A stretch of 42,358 nt of DNA from a virus (lineage: Duplodnaviria > Caudoviricetes), in the IMG/VR virus record IMGVR_UViG_3300025723_000074, positions 1-42,358 of that record. One strand, 5' to 3'. The notes under the pieces were generated by a model, which saw only the letters and a list, made by a program, of their open reading frames with translations, was not told where the DNA came from and made no database searches. Positions 38,001-42,358 of this stretch are shown here, piece by piece. The stretch's first letter is position 1. The number at the start of each line of letters is the position of its first letter. The position numbers and the translations under genes were made by a program.

Positions 38001-39772
38001 CTCGCACACTAACTTTCAATGTTGCGCCATTGGTAGGAGATATCATCGCAATCACGACTTATAATGATACCGATCAGCAGTATCTCAATACTCAATATGG
38101 TATTACTGGCATGGCAGTCAATAGTATAAAATCGATAGACACTGTGTTCAGTGCGCCTGTATTCACATATGCTACTGCCACCGACGGCGCAACAAATCAA
38201 GTGACAGTTGTAAGCACTGCTGGTTTCGGAACAAATCAACCTGTACAGTTTAACGGAACAACATTCGGCGGAATCACTGCTGGTACAATCTATTTCGTAG
38301 ATGTTATTGTAGATGATTATACATTTACGATGATGGATCAATACGGGACAACTATTTCACTAACGACTGCGATTGGTACAGAGCCAATGCAAGTCATAGA
38401 AGGTGGATTGACTACTGCTAGAGTTCATACTACATTGCCAAACGGATTTGCTGATGGTGAACTAATCAGGATTGATGGAGTTGCGGGCACGACGCAGTTA
38501 AACGGAAACTACTATTATGCTAGGATCATCGATGATACGACATTCGATCTGTATCTAGAACCGTATAACCCTACAGTGGGTGCTACAAACTATCCTGTAA
38601 ATAATGTCTCTCCTTATATAAGCGGCGGCGTGATTTGGCCGCAGGGTACATTCTACTTAGTGACAAATAAAGTTACAGGTACATCTGCTTCGGGAAATGC
38701 GATAACAGTAGATACTACTGCAAATCTCGTCTCAGGAACTCCGATCTACTTCGCTGCAGATGGTTCAGCAAATGGGTCCTCGATTGTAGGTGGCCTGATC
38801 CAGGGTCAAGAATATTTCGTGAAGACGATAAGAAGCGGCACTGCATTCTCTGTGTCTGAAACAAGAAACGGTCCGGACTTCGTATTGACCACTGCGACAG
38901 CAAATGCGAATGCAACACAATGGAGTCAGACTGATCCAGATAGATTGTGGATAACAATCGATGGCAAGCGCGTTCCGTCATCAGAGATCAAGATTTATGA
39001 CTTCAACGAGATCGGAATACTCGCTCCTATTCAGTCATCACAAGAGATCATCATGACCAGCATGATTCCTTCTGCGACACCTTCAGCAGAGACTTACATA
39101 AACTTTGTGGATCAGACGGGCGTTCCTGCAGTATACCAAGCGAATGCACCTACTAGGACATGGTTGACCGCAGACTTACTCTCTGCTGGTCCGTTCTCTG
39201 GTATAGCAGGAGTGGCAAATGCCAATGACCTAGTGAATAGCATCACTCAGGTATCCATCGTTCCTGCAGTGGATTATGATGGATATTATTATATAGGATT
39301 GAATGCAGATAAGAATACACTGAATAGTGTGACACCTGTATATACCCTAACAAATGAACCTATTCCCACTCAATATTGGAAAGTTGTATTGGTCGATAAT
39401 GCTCCTATGTTGAGAATAGACAGCACAGCACCGCTCCCGATCATTGAGCCTGGACTACCAAATCCGGGCGACTCCATCACTATCTATATCACAGAAGGTA
39501 ATCTCATCTTCATCGATGGTGAGATCATCAAGTTCCGATATCTAGGAGTTCCGGGCGAGATCGGTATAATACAGCGCGGTGTCAATGGTACCGGAATTCA
39601 CGCAGTTATCCCTGCATATGCAGAAGTATTCAGTTTGTTGAGTTCAAATCGTTTGACTGACATCTATTACAATAAGACATGGAACTCTTATAATTATAAC
39701 ATAGTAGAAGGTGACCCGTTGCAGATCAGCAACACAGTACCTGCTAACTTCTTGAGAACGGGGGTATCCTAA
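20048..39772 (+). CDS. Giant (6574 aa) modular virion protein in the gp7 baseplate-wedge position
   Basis: Uninterrupted ORF with an AAGGA RBS directly after gp6. N-terminal FLPEIFQT...YNEYYWLPDGP, internal YINETKPYH, many repeated beta modules, FG-GAP-like and Asp-box repeats. Confidence 0.8.
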   Translation: MAGNTNTTIIRTLSFLPEIFQTPSNSQFLQASLDQLVNPPIASKIQGYIGSKFGYGVNANDYYVTEPTKTRRDYQLDPGVIFTAPADSATVPAGTAVDFISYPGIIDALTMQGGVTDDNSALFTGQFYSWDSFTDLDKLINYNEYYWLPDGPPAVQIAPAAVYTQESYIVTPLTNGYQIAIENQAGSAVNPVLTLIRGGTYTFTVDQASQFWIQTLPGTSGVYPTQQNRTTRDVYGVINNGAEVGVVTFNVPLANAQDGYNITGNLTVDLVSTTPFANINGQPLSSFSGNIDGVTSLNGLTVMFYGTGLSSENPTGYVESGFDQVYANQPAQAANTMVESVVYKIATIGSVNWTSLGLSGSPVIGGTFTYNGAAVTGTGTVTLVEIPYDTNDPVIQAVTPLTFTVGSTTDTSLSLINGGDTNQFTANALVTFSGTTIGGIEAGQFYYIADILSSTEFTVSNVAGGSAISLTPDSGSMTISFDNVPRPLQFAVASQINDNTHFILSSGTTNNMAVNDTITFSSYNNGPTFGGDAINFGQVYFVSDIVDAVTFAISETPGGAIIVLTDGSGAMTVNINQGQLDNGFTTTVRDNFYTIQYEGDPKNPIIRLFPAGAIPLDQKITPRLGHAYNNIPFYRDAEGVLQEVPAITAPLNTLYYQDSSVADRAGIIQLIDANTDNTIDVPTQILGQVNYTSPNGVAFTNGLKVQFNGNVTPVAYLSGEYYVQGVGTSITLVPVNELVVPEKFTTGNYIPWDSTGWDIGNWEEQLFIPAQPDYVTIARDSLSRNPWSRSNRWFHIDVINATAIYNNDPAIAITYATAKNKASRPIIEFYPNLKLFNSGIIGVNPVDFIDTRTTNAMMTVAGALNYYPDVQVYSTATATIASASAATSTTITVSASAITGSLENLMYIADSLNQLPANTTITSITGTDTLTLAVSWPEATTIAGGSNASIVASAANVSAYALFPGARIIFAADANPNVRNKIYVAEFSTIQPFGEPVITLTVAEDGNCIPENQTVVTRGYNYQGFSFWYDGIHWIQAQNKTQVIQPPLFDIFNSSGISLSDKTVYNSSSFVGSKLFSYAIGSGTKDPVLGFPIEYSSIANSGDIVFDVSLNSDTFTYVTGSTPVTENVNIGYVYNYTSGTDHVRQLGWQTAIAPSQQYQIFSFNYDITQPTTTYICDVPARAEPTGITKSGSFVAGATYTITFVGTTDFTSFGAVANIVGETFVANNNTTSIATMNSGFEYQIVTLGSTDWNSIGYNGTPVAGGKFIYNGAALSGNGTVSGANAGSGIANSLGWPTVQVYDNNIYLNPIGAITIFAYKMVSGFTYKIASLGITNWTSIGYVGTPVIGGTFTYNGNAVIGDGTVSSPPYVVNIGTDTTTVSLAYQPATNTVIQVLLLSDQVSQTAYYSIPINLINNPFNTDPTSLNYGDISNQYRDIFINAPNTIGNIYGANNYRDCGNLVPYGTKLIQNSASLALPGAFLRSASTNLFDALQFNSREYVNYKQLIVATVQNTDYAQRFTPSQLLNDALLQITASLSEANSFFWSDMLPSATPYISNTYTFNNGLTQSIYPLSKVYNFSTANYNGVLVYLYRVVDGVVIEKQLTSGVDYVVSTTAPNLTITTAIQAGDQVIINEFNQTYGSYVPNTPTKLGLYPSFQPGVVLDKDYQTPTYFIRGHDGSFNRLYGDYDPVNDILFDFRDQALLEFELRIYNNLKLSTTVPVSKYEVLPGFFRTTNYTWSDFIDIYSPTFLNWVGQNRIDYKTQYFNKNDPFTYNYTNASNKLDGSLIQQGYWRGIYEYFYDTTTPNETPWEMLGFTDMPTWWTSRYGPAPYTSDNFILWSDLEAGYIWNDGNPYVNPQLTRPGLLTVIPVDSNGDLLPPTLSVLGNYNATAIQKDWIVGDDGSAELSYRRSSTYPFDLMRIFALTKPAEFFNLGVDLDNYKYNKEFNQYLVNDRSHLVISDIEIYGNGTAKTSYINWIVDYQKQQGIDATNTITGLLNNLDVRLVYRLAGYSAQEQLQFFVEKPSPTNINSSLLIPNESYNILLYNNQPFDKIVFSGVIVQQNAGYWTIFGNSQDIAYFEILDPKYNGKYNNVTILNQTVKLATEYYDTTTLIPYGTKFYNTQDLSQFLMSYGAKLQSQGMIFSDQSGGMPINWENMVYEFLYWTQTGWTDGSIITLNPAASIIEIDPGTALVQPLTIKDQNFVLNQNLYPINMKDLAINRDGTLFTATALNTGDALAYGQFNISNFENGIVFDNVTIFNDVIYSLVTGVRQNRINMRGTKSAQWNGTVNAWGFIYNQTDIQQWDGTATYTKGEIVLYKNRYYASQQIVQPSTKFDQTAWKLINYNPLQPNLLANPSTRAYESVLYYDIYQANLQQDADLLAFSLIGYRPRDYLSLIDLTDVAQVQVYQNMIINKGTLNAIKAFNGANLPQGDIQYTVYENWAIKTGDYGGVLNQNFVDFRVNRADMTGDPSIVSLSDGTSSPPAGTMQVIPTYSLYNYGSAPTSSNILTTLPNSEPASTLYPSAGYVNFNDVEMSAYFYSGLPLAVNGSGTVVPIQNFYVGQYLWLANFKERWEVYGWNCIGQVISIQNNLNQTATVTFNQPHGLKALDPLAIINFATEVDGYYLVVQVVNLYQVTINLALTSNATTALQGLGLGLAFETHRVAKPAELSKQDLITNEFINNLYWVDENTDGNWAVYKKTINYKYQDQLEVPQSVVLGTAVAYTDNVGYLVSDPGLGKVYRYTFNALSNKYDLTETLVQGAGFGTKIVYTGNLFFITQPGNSTSNVYVYTLNNTVASTELLLVQTLVVPASANSIAVSGDANWLYISDTNNNRVYKYYREYTPLSSGYFNDGETYEITSLGTTDFVSIGAPANQIGIVFQTNLSNQISVTNMIAGCVYEITAWGLTTNWNEIGYSGGPATGVTFTYNGAAATGDGMVSGAGLGTGTAIQISYALSSTIDGAATGAVSGDKFGYSLSTNYEGDILLVGAPFKNYSQTIENWGTAYLYQRAVQNIQAQHKNTSGSAQAFTLAWTTSTLNQAVSAVTSNYISVSDVTGFKTNDAIIFANGSTEASGIDLLTVYYVGDIDAGTNSFTIKTSRSTTTSVTLADSTGLTCTAYAQSPRQVYRNGVRVNDNNYATIGTQFYYLGDLFVGDILRVNGGPTTLTQTFNSNYTNRTGVQFSYASDMDTFGTNILIGSPYEINPDGEEGAVYSYINGGARYGTVIGTSACQVTGNKTVLINGFAVNLTAGDAASTAATINASNIINVQAAATYDNKLIIQLIDTAIAPAKSKLVVTALDSAVLPELGIQPYTQTQTIVCPHAYGPTEFGSTIKINGNSVVISAPVGTRYESTVFDFNSADNLYNDTVFDNNATQFIDEYPNAGAVYMFDYLVNYNENISDPGAYIYAQATNDIVLDYGYEPRYGTAIDFNDNVVVVGTPGFMPVAVGGQVVTYVNSSGNSDWSVYRSSAPIVNINTITNTQLYSATTNETLVNFDYIDPLQGKILGAARENLDYVTGVDPAKYNVDLNAQSGMLWGAGEVGRLWFDTSNVRFVNYHQSDVVYNSKYWGAVFPGSDVAVYSWIASFIPPVNYQGPGVPYDVNTYVVNNVLDATGVITPVYYFWVRDTNIIFSQTNKTLSDSVVASYIANPRTSGISYMVPLLPSTFAMYNSLSYFNATDTVFHIGFNTGTTTDVYHQEFALIEEGNSESFLPGLPAISLSNANNIYGTPFSLYARMLDSLAGCDPTSAVVPDPFLPLDVQSGVFSRPKQSFFYDRLLALENYLTFANTVLAQYPILETREELSFLYAVGPINPSNGEPFYDTTQYWSPVNWYAAGYNSSIKPAIQVAIYADLAALNPAVGTLVKVLYNGKGNYEIYSYAGSGNWTRVALQNGTIQFSQTLWDYSAGKTGWDGNFFDTAPWDQYPSEETRNIIRALNEQIYIGDLISYRNASLILMFSYIQSEAAESQNFLPWLNKTSLVNVSHTIRELLPYETYRTDNQVFLADYINETKPYHVVISDFLFEYTKTDLFEGDITDFDVPAQYNSQYQKFVSPQLVYTQYGNPPYEYTLNDPIWQTQEYNQWYNNYGTSITGIPGFNITKLGSYISNTTSIILVDNASGFPINGIITIDSEQIGYTTVDRATNTLRGITRGVNGTVIADHLPGTNIYIDLPGVLVLYGARGYINTPKVTAYIDTSIYPAPREVAVLEAVMNIDSVLQINVVNPGQGYVVTPEIRVEPAETVSFSNTDIDTITHVIGVSAPNFTTGDFVQYFDGTGPGTGKLFSGQWYCINVLETAPLTVIALYNNYRDAISDTNRIPIFDAGVSTGMTLNLGARAFGITTSSPVRENNLTIKYDRTTYTSQVQDWKAAAFYGSYFAGNYNNSDAVASSSYTLQNANPNIGDILAAAQGIPFEIAAVSNTTQLNWSSFIRLVNFTDDIEKSIILSLQDGNNTILTLPNASGGTTGFYVGMPVRFTGNVDTANTHIIANKEYYVKEVLRETAFTISETPGGPVFDVGLSSIPENSMQCEVAEVVDTAIVTLNYPGILQATATASGTNAITIPLTDIGTGGTIGFYPDLPIFFTGTMIGGIVENQTYYVTSVIDDQNFTMSLTENALNTSVTATASGTNVITVGSTAGFALNNPVIINQMTVSGSMVTDFGNIVSGKTYYVREVINSTELTISETINGPVVELNNQTGTATMTSQVNTVKLSNGTGSMTTNVLLPVSPGQVNGQQFTFYTSSSQYPNISNGVPRNLITRNVDATIAGLNRIAITADTGGIAQFYENLPVRFNTPIGNLETDTTYYVLATGTVSVNVSSSSSNFNLLTCDTTASLYAGMPIVFSGVGLGGIVISYTYFVYSISDATHFSVSADGVTEFVLENDSGTMLGTGSPYITVSTTPGGSTFELSSSISKSTLTQYLLGEPVFSLSNKIGGYTVVIENPGSGFAVNNTISIPGTEAGGTSPKNDITLTVNTIGPNGEITDVIVAGTPNDLVLKYYLKVYSPDQLEVYADPLLQVPVSLADFPYKGFTTTTATQVAASGTGGWTSHSVVQLNSVAGFSVNDAIVFTGNVFGNIALGYTYYITNISIAHNEIVISTLPSGASFVTGSATGNMLMAKAGSYAVLPEPFYFKQSIVRYANRVWKCNISNNDSTFIFGKWELLDSGDTALNAMDRTIGYYQPTVNMPGVDLTQLFEGVTYPNNIYYGNQFQPSQQYPLDNLLQDQPFAPVISINSLLFDADTNVYYAVGDLSTYSAILKSIDLVTWNVMQIVDTNAGLTGIVYANGRFVISAIDTATPVFTSTDGSVWTTNGYFPISGTSLQAITHDDSWIAVGNAIVRSTDGVTWTSVHTYAPQNDVTLYGVTHANIPNFTGYVAVGTGLQNTSSNNPGPSNIISRSYNGVNWIDIPSITPNALYAVASDDAGQIIAVGENGVIYTTSNGSNWFGINQVTCVSVNPATNILNVTNTSGFVVNSTVVFSGSFSSILSDTVYYIVNILSPTQVQISDTESGTPITLTYSTIPAQTMMSLYQENGSNDLYSIIYANDLWVATGAAGTILTSSDGIVWTSQYISTPEYLNSVTYVTNPSPFITSGFIVTGTNNTIGTSPDGITWTVVGKFEVPLPDYTVRGDPFLAGYGPEELVPGVVRDNLAMIVNTRPGTTWNAAEYAHTGYNVVSVEFPSVLSGQSTYSFDSIVPVPAQVFVQLLDPTTGLGTTLSQNQYTVNWVNKTIVLATPTTQAVRVDVYEVGNGNQLIKSNTDYDPIRTNNETGFNEIYLDCRYSATLTSGSGVIQPNGSGVTVWSPPFIHHNGAPLVLGATNSVSRTSSSDNTLLTISTAGMNVGDPIIFSTTISNIAPEILPVTTYYVATVASNTKFTISLTQGGPVLPISDGQGIAYFVTNDYAFTIQPNGVSTVMVFSSPYTRLDDYLVYSIFGETTPIQYGYTIPETQEFVSTGDTVFEPLTNNLNATDAYNAIVEINGVRQNYSSYTIDVAARTLTFNVAPLVGDIIAITTYNDTDQQYLNTQYGITGMAVNSIKSIDTVFSAPVFTYATATDGATNQVTVVSTAGFGTNQPVQFNGTTFGGITAGTIYFVDVIVDDYTFTMMDQYGTTISLTTAIGTEPMQVIEGGLTTARVHTTLPNGFADGELIRIDGVAGTTQLNGNYYYARIIDDTTFDLYLEPYNPTVGATNYPVNNVSPYISGGVIWPQGTFYLVTNKVTGTSASGNAITVDTTANLVSGTPIYFAADGSANGSSIVGGLIQGQEYFVKTIRSGTAFSVSETRNGPDFVLTTATANANATQWSQTDPDRLWITIDGKRVPSSEIKIYDFNEIGILAPIQSSQEIIMTSMIPSATPSAETYINFVDQTGVPAVYQANAPTRTWLTADLLSAGPFSGIAGVANANDLVNSITQVSIVPAVDYDGYYYIGLNADKNTLNSVTPVYTLTNEPIPTQYWKVVLVDNAPMLRIDSTAPLPIIEPGLPNPGDSITIYITEGNLIFIDGEIIKFRYLGVPGEIGIIQRGVNGTGIHAVIPAYAEVFSLLSSNRLTDIYYNKTWNSYNYNIVEGDPLQISNTVPANFLRTGVS

Positions 39773-39773
39773 A

Positions 39774-39782
39774 TGATAAATA
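39774..39782 (+). promoter_or_regulatory. Late promoter TGATAAATA
   Basis: Immediately after the giant gene's stop. ATG 39788 follows 5 nt later. Confidence 0.7.
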
Positions 39783-39787
39783 CAGAG

Positions 39788-39943
39788 ATGAATAAGAACG
39801 ATAAGTCTGACATTCAAGGAAATCAACAAAGGACTCCAATGACAAAGCCTAATGAGCTGGGTGGTATCTATTTCTCTTCCAGCATAAAAATCTTCGATCC
39901 GGAGACAAATAAGGTAATCCTGCATAAAAGGGGAGACGGATAA
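39788..39943 (+). CDS. Small late protein (51 aa)
   Basis: MNKNDKSDIQGNQQRTPMTKPNELGGIYFSSSIKIFDPETNKVILHKRGDG. Fills the gap between the promoter and the next ATG exactly, and is below the track's length cutoff. Confidence 0.7.
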   Translation: MNKNDKSDIQGNQQRTPMTKPNELGGIYFSSSIKIFDPETNKVILHKRGDG

Positions 39944-40621
39944 ATGCCAAACATTTATCTGACCGAAAACCTATTTAATAAGGCATTTGGAATATCGCCA
40001 TGGCGATATATAGGTAGTGATCAAACTGATAACGTATCATACTTTGGTTCAAATAAAAAGCTAAAGGCTGATATAGAAAGATTAGGAGAAAAATATTTCT
40101 CTAAAAGTTTATTAGAAACCTTCGATTGTATAGACAACAAAGAGTTGAGAAAAATAGAAGCAACACTATATTTGCAACCTAATAATGTCAAAGATGATCC
40201 TAGCTATTACAATGAAACTTCAATCTATGCTCCCGGCGGCGGCAAAAAAGGAATGAAACATCGAAAACCTAGAAGTGAAGCACACATAAAAAAAATCATT
40301 GAACATCGAACTGGAAGTGTGAAGGATGAAACTGCTAGACAGCTTATGCGTGAGAAAAAGATAGGAACTAAAGCTAAACTAGAAACAAAACAAAAAATGT
40401 CATTTGGTAGGTTAGGTGAAAAAAATAATAATGCATTAGTATGGACACTGACTACGCCAGAAGGTGATATTATAACAGTATCCGGACTCCGATATTGGGC
40501 AAAGATTAACGGACATAAGTATAAAGATATATATGATAGCAAGAACGGATGGAATGCATTAAAGCATGGTTCTGGTCGTGGCGGCGGCAGAAAGAAAAAG
40601 GAACACAACAGTGGAATTTAA
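39944..40621 (+). CDS. Free-standing GIY-YIG (Seg-like) homing endonuclease with NUMOD3-like repeats
   Basis: NIY...YIGS...YFGS...E...YYN, then basic repeats (KPRSEAHIKKI, KLETKQKMS). More AT-rich than its neighbours. Confidence 0.8.
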   Translation: MPNIYLTENLFNKAFGISPWRYIGSDQTDNVSYFGSNKKLKADIERLGEKYFSKSLLETFDCIDNKELRKIEATLYLQPNNVKDDPSYYNETSIYAPGGGKKGMKHRKPRSEAHIKKIIEHRTGSVKDETARQLMREKKIGTKAKLETKQKMSFGRLGEKNNNALVWTLTTPEGDIITVSGLRYWAKINGHKYKDIYDSKNGWNALKHGSGRGGGRKKKEHNSGI

Positions 40622-41237
40622 TATAAAGGTGTTTGTAAAGGGACACATTACTATTACAGATGTCACTGAACCTGACAATCACGTTGTTCTAGTTGACAAG
40701 GATAACCAAATCAACTACGAAAATATGTCGGAAGCCTTAGCGGATTCTATAGCAGATCGTGGTTATGGTTTTATCTATCAGATGGCATTTGGCAACGGTG
40801 CATCGTCTATCGATGAGACAGGTGTTATCACATATCTTCCACCGAACACGACTGGACAGAATGCTGCACTATACAATGAGACATACGCTAAAATCGTAGA
40901 TGATAACAGCGTATTCAACCTAGATCCTACTAGAAATAAGATGACTGTTCTGCATACTGCTGGCAATCTCTATACTGATATCCTAGTACAATGTTTGCTA
41001 GATTACGGTGAGCCACCTGGACAAGCCGCATTCGATAATAGCACATCTACTACTTCTGACTATATCTTCGATGAGCTAGGTCTATTGGCAAACTACGGTG
41101 TGGATACTAACGGAAATCCTATCACTAGGTTATTGACACATGTGGTGTTCCATCCGGTTCAGAAATCATTGAACAGACAGATCCAGATAGACTATACTGT
41201 CAGAATCCAGTCACTGACTAATCTAGTAACAATATAA
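40611..41237 (+). CDS. Virion structural protein (baseplate / tail-fibre attachment region)
   Basis: KGHITITD...VDKDNQINYEN, MAFGNG, LDYGEP, FDELGL, LLTHVVFHPVQKSLNRQIQIDYTVRI. Start placed at GTG 40611 (AAGGA at 40598-40602) instead of 40566. Confidence 0.65.
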   Translation: MEFNIKVFVKGHITITDVTEPDNHVVLVDKDNQINYENMSEALADSIADRGYGFIYQMAFGNGASSIDETGVITYLPPNTTGQNAALYNETYAKIVDDNSVFNLDPTRNKMTVLHTAGNLYTDILVQCLLDYGEPPGQAAFDNSTSTTSDYIFDELGLLANYGVDTNGNPITRLLTHVVFHPVQKSLNRQIQIDYTVRIQSLTNLVTI

Positions 41238-41254
41238 TATAAAGAGGGGGATAG

Positions 41255-42358
41255 ATGTCATATAATATCTATAGAACGAATGGTAATCTGCTAACAACTA
41301 TCCCTGACGGCGTTGCCAATACGACCAGCACTCCGCTAACACTGCCGGGCCGCAGTTATCCTGGATATGGTCTAGTCGTAGATACTAACTTTGTGCATCA
41401 GTTAGAGAACTTTGCTAACATCACCCCTCCTGCAAATCCTATTCAAGGCCAGCTTTGGTACAACACTAATAACAATACGCTGTACATCTGTCCTCAGGAC
41501 GGCATAACTGCTTCTAATCAATGGTTTCCCTTACTGAATGAAGATGCTAACGGAAACATCTCTGTAGCAAATATAAATGTGACTAATAATGCAGTCATCA
41601 GCGGAAATCTATCAGTAGCAAATGTGGTCACTGCCAATTACATTGTAGGTAATGGCAATGGTATAGCCAATATTACTGGTGCTAATGTTACTGGACAAGT
41701 ACCAAATGCATTAGTATCTGGTACAGTATATACCGGCGCCCAACCAAATATCACTTCAGTTGGCACTCTAAGCAATCTCGCTGTTACTGGAAATACTACA
41801 ACTGGTAATGTCACAATGAGTTCTGGTGGAAATGTTACTGGCGCCAATGTCATCAGTGCTAACTACTTCTCAGGTGATGGCAGCAATCTCACAAATATCG
41901 CAGGCAATGCTGTTACTGGTACTGTAGCTAATGCATTATATGCTACTGCAGCAGGATCAATTGGTGGAACAGTGCCCGGTTCTAATGTTATCGGCCCTGT
42001 AGCCAACGCAACCTATGCTGACCTCAGTAATATCGCATATTTCGCGGGCAATGTTACTGCCAGCAATCAACCAAATATCACATCTGTTGGTGTACTAACC
42101 TCATTGCGTGTCAGCGGCATAAGTAACCTGAGTGCAGTAGGCAATGTTCAAATCACGGGTGGATCGCCCGGACAAGTATTACAGACTGATGGTAATGGAA
42201 ATCTATCTTGGTATTCCATCAACTCTGCTGGTCTAGTGAATGGAACTTCGAATGGTGGTATTCCTGTAACTAACGGTAATATCAACTTCTCTGTGGGCGG
42301 CAGTGCGAATGTTCTCGTAGTTACTAGTACTGGTGTAAATGTTTCAGGTACGCTGAAT
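41255..42358 (+). CDS. Tail fibre protein, 5' part (continues beyond the right edge)
   Basis: ATG 41255 after GAGGGGG. MSYNIYRTNG...LENFANITPPANPIQGQLWY, then Asn/Gly/Val/Thr-rich repeats including QPNITSVGxL twice (41741, 42068) and GQVLQTDGNGNLSW. Confidence 0.8.
   Translation, partial: MSYNIYRTNGNLLTTIPDGVANTTSTPLTLPGRSYPGYGLVVDTNFVHQLENFANITPPANPIQGQLWYNTNNNTLYICPQDGITASNQWFPLLNEDANGNISVANINVTNNAVISGNLSVANVVTANYIVGNGNGIANITGANVTGQVPNALVSGTVYTGAQPNITSVGTLSNLAVTGNTTTGNVTMSSGGNVTGANVISANYFSGDGSNLTNIAGNAVTGTVANALYATAAGSIGGTVPGSNVIGPVANATYADLSNIAYFAGNVTASNQPNITSVGVLTSLRVSGISNLSAVGNVQITGGSPGQVLQTDGNGNLSWYSINSAGLVNGTSNGGIPVTNGNINFSVGGSANVLVVTSTGVNVSGTLN

Noticed and set aside
20048-39772. Diversity-generating retroelement, intein or intron in the giant gene
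   Set aside because: No reverse transcriptase in the window, repeat differences are not adenine-specific, and I saw no intein splice motifs or frame breaks.
20453-39925. Numerous 60-110 aa alternative-frame and antisense ORFs inside the giant gene
   Set aside because: Their number and length look like chance for 20 kb, and none has a recognisable motif or promoter.

Overview
Segment of a large T4-like (gp55-type late sigma factor) myophage genome read in the standard genetic code. Left: the 5' part of a tape-measure-like gene (minus strand, runs off the window) sits divergently from a gp26-like hub/tail-assembly gene. That gene ends in a textbook -1 frameshift cassette (T_TTT_TTC, 7-nt spacer, 14-bp hairpin) opening into a gp51-like ORF. 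A ~550-nt non-coding gap follows, with two abutting hairpins and a densely base-paired ~350-nt minus-strand element (candidate large ncRNA). A minus-strand block encodes a gp55-like sigma factor, gp47/gp46 (Mre11/Rad50-like), an HNH homing endonuclease and an Hjc-like resolvase. From 8.4 kb to the end runs a plus-strand baseplate/tail block: gp48/54-like, gp53-like, hub, gp5-like spike, gp25, gp6, a 6574-aa modular gp7-position protein, a small ORF, a GIY-YIG endonuclease, a structural protein and the start of a tail fibre. Late promoters read (T/G/A)ATAAATA, and several carry an extra upstream TAAAA...T-tract element. All product calls come from motif recognition and gene order; no database searches were run.
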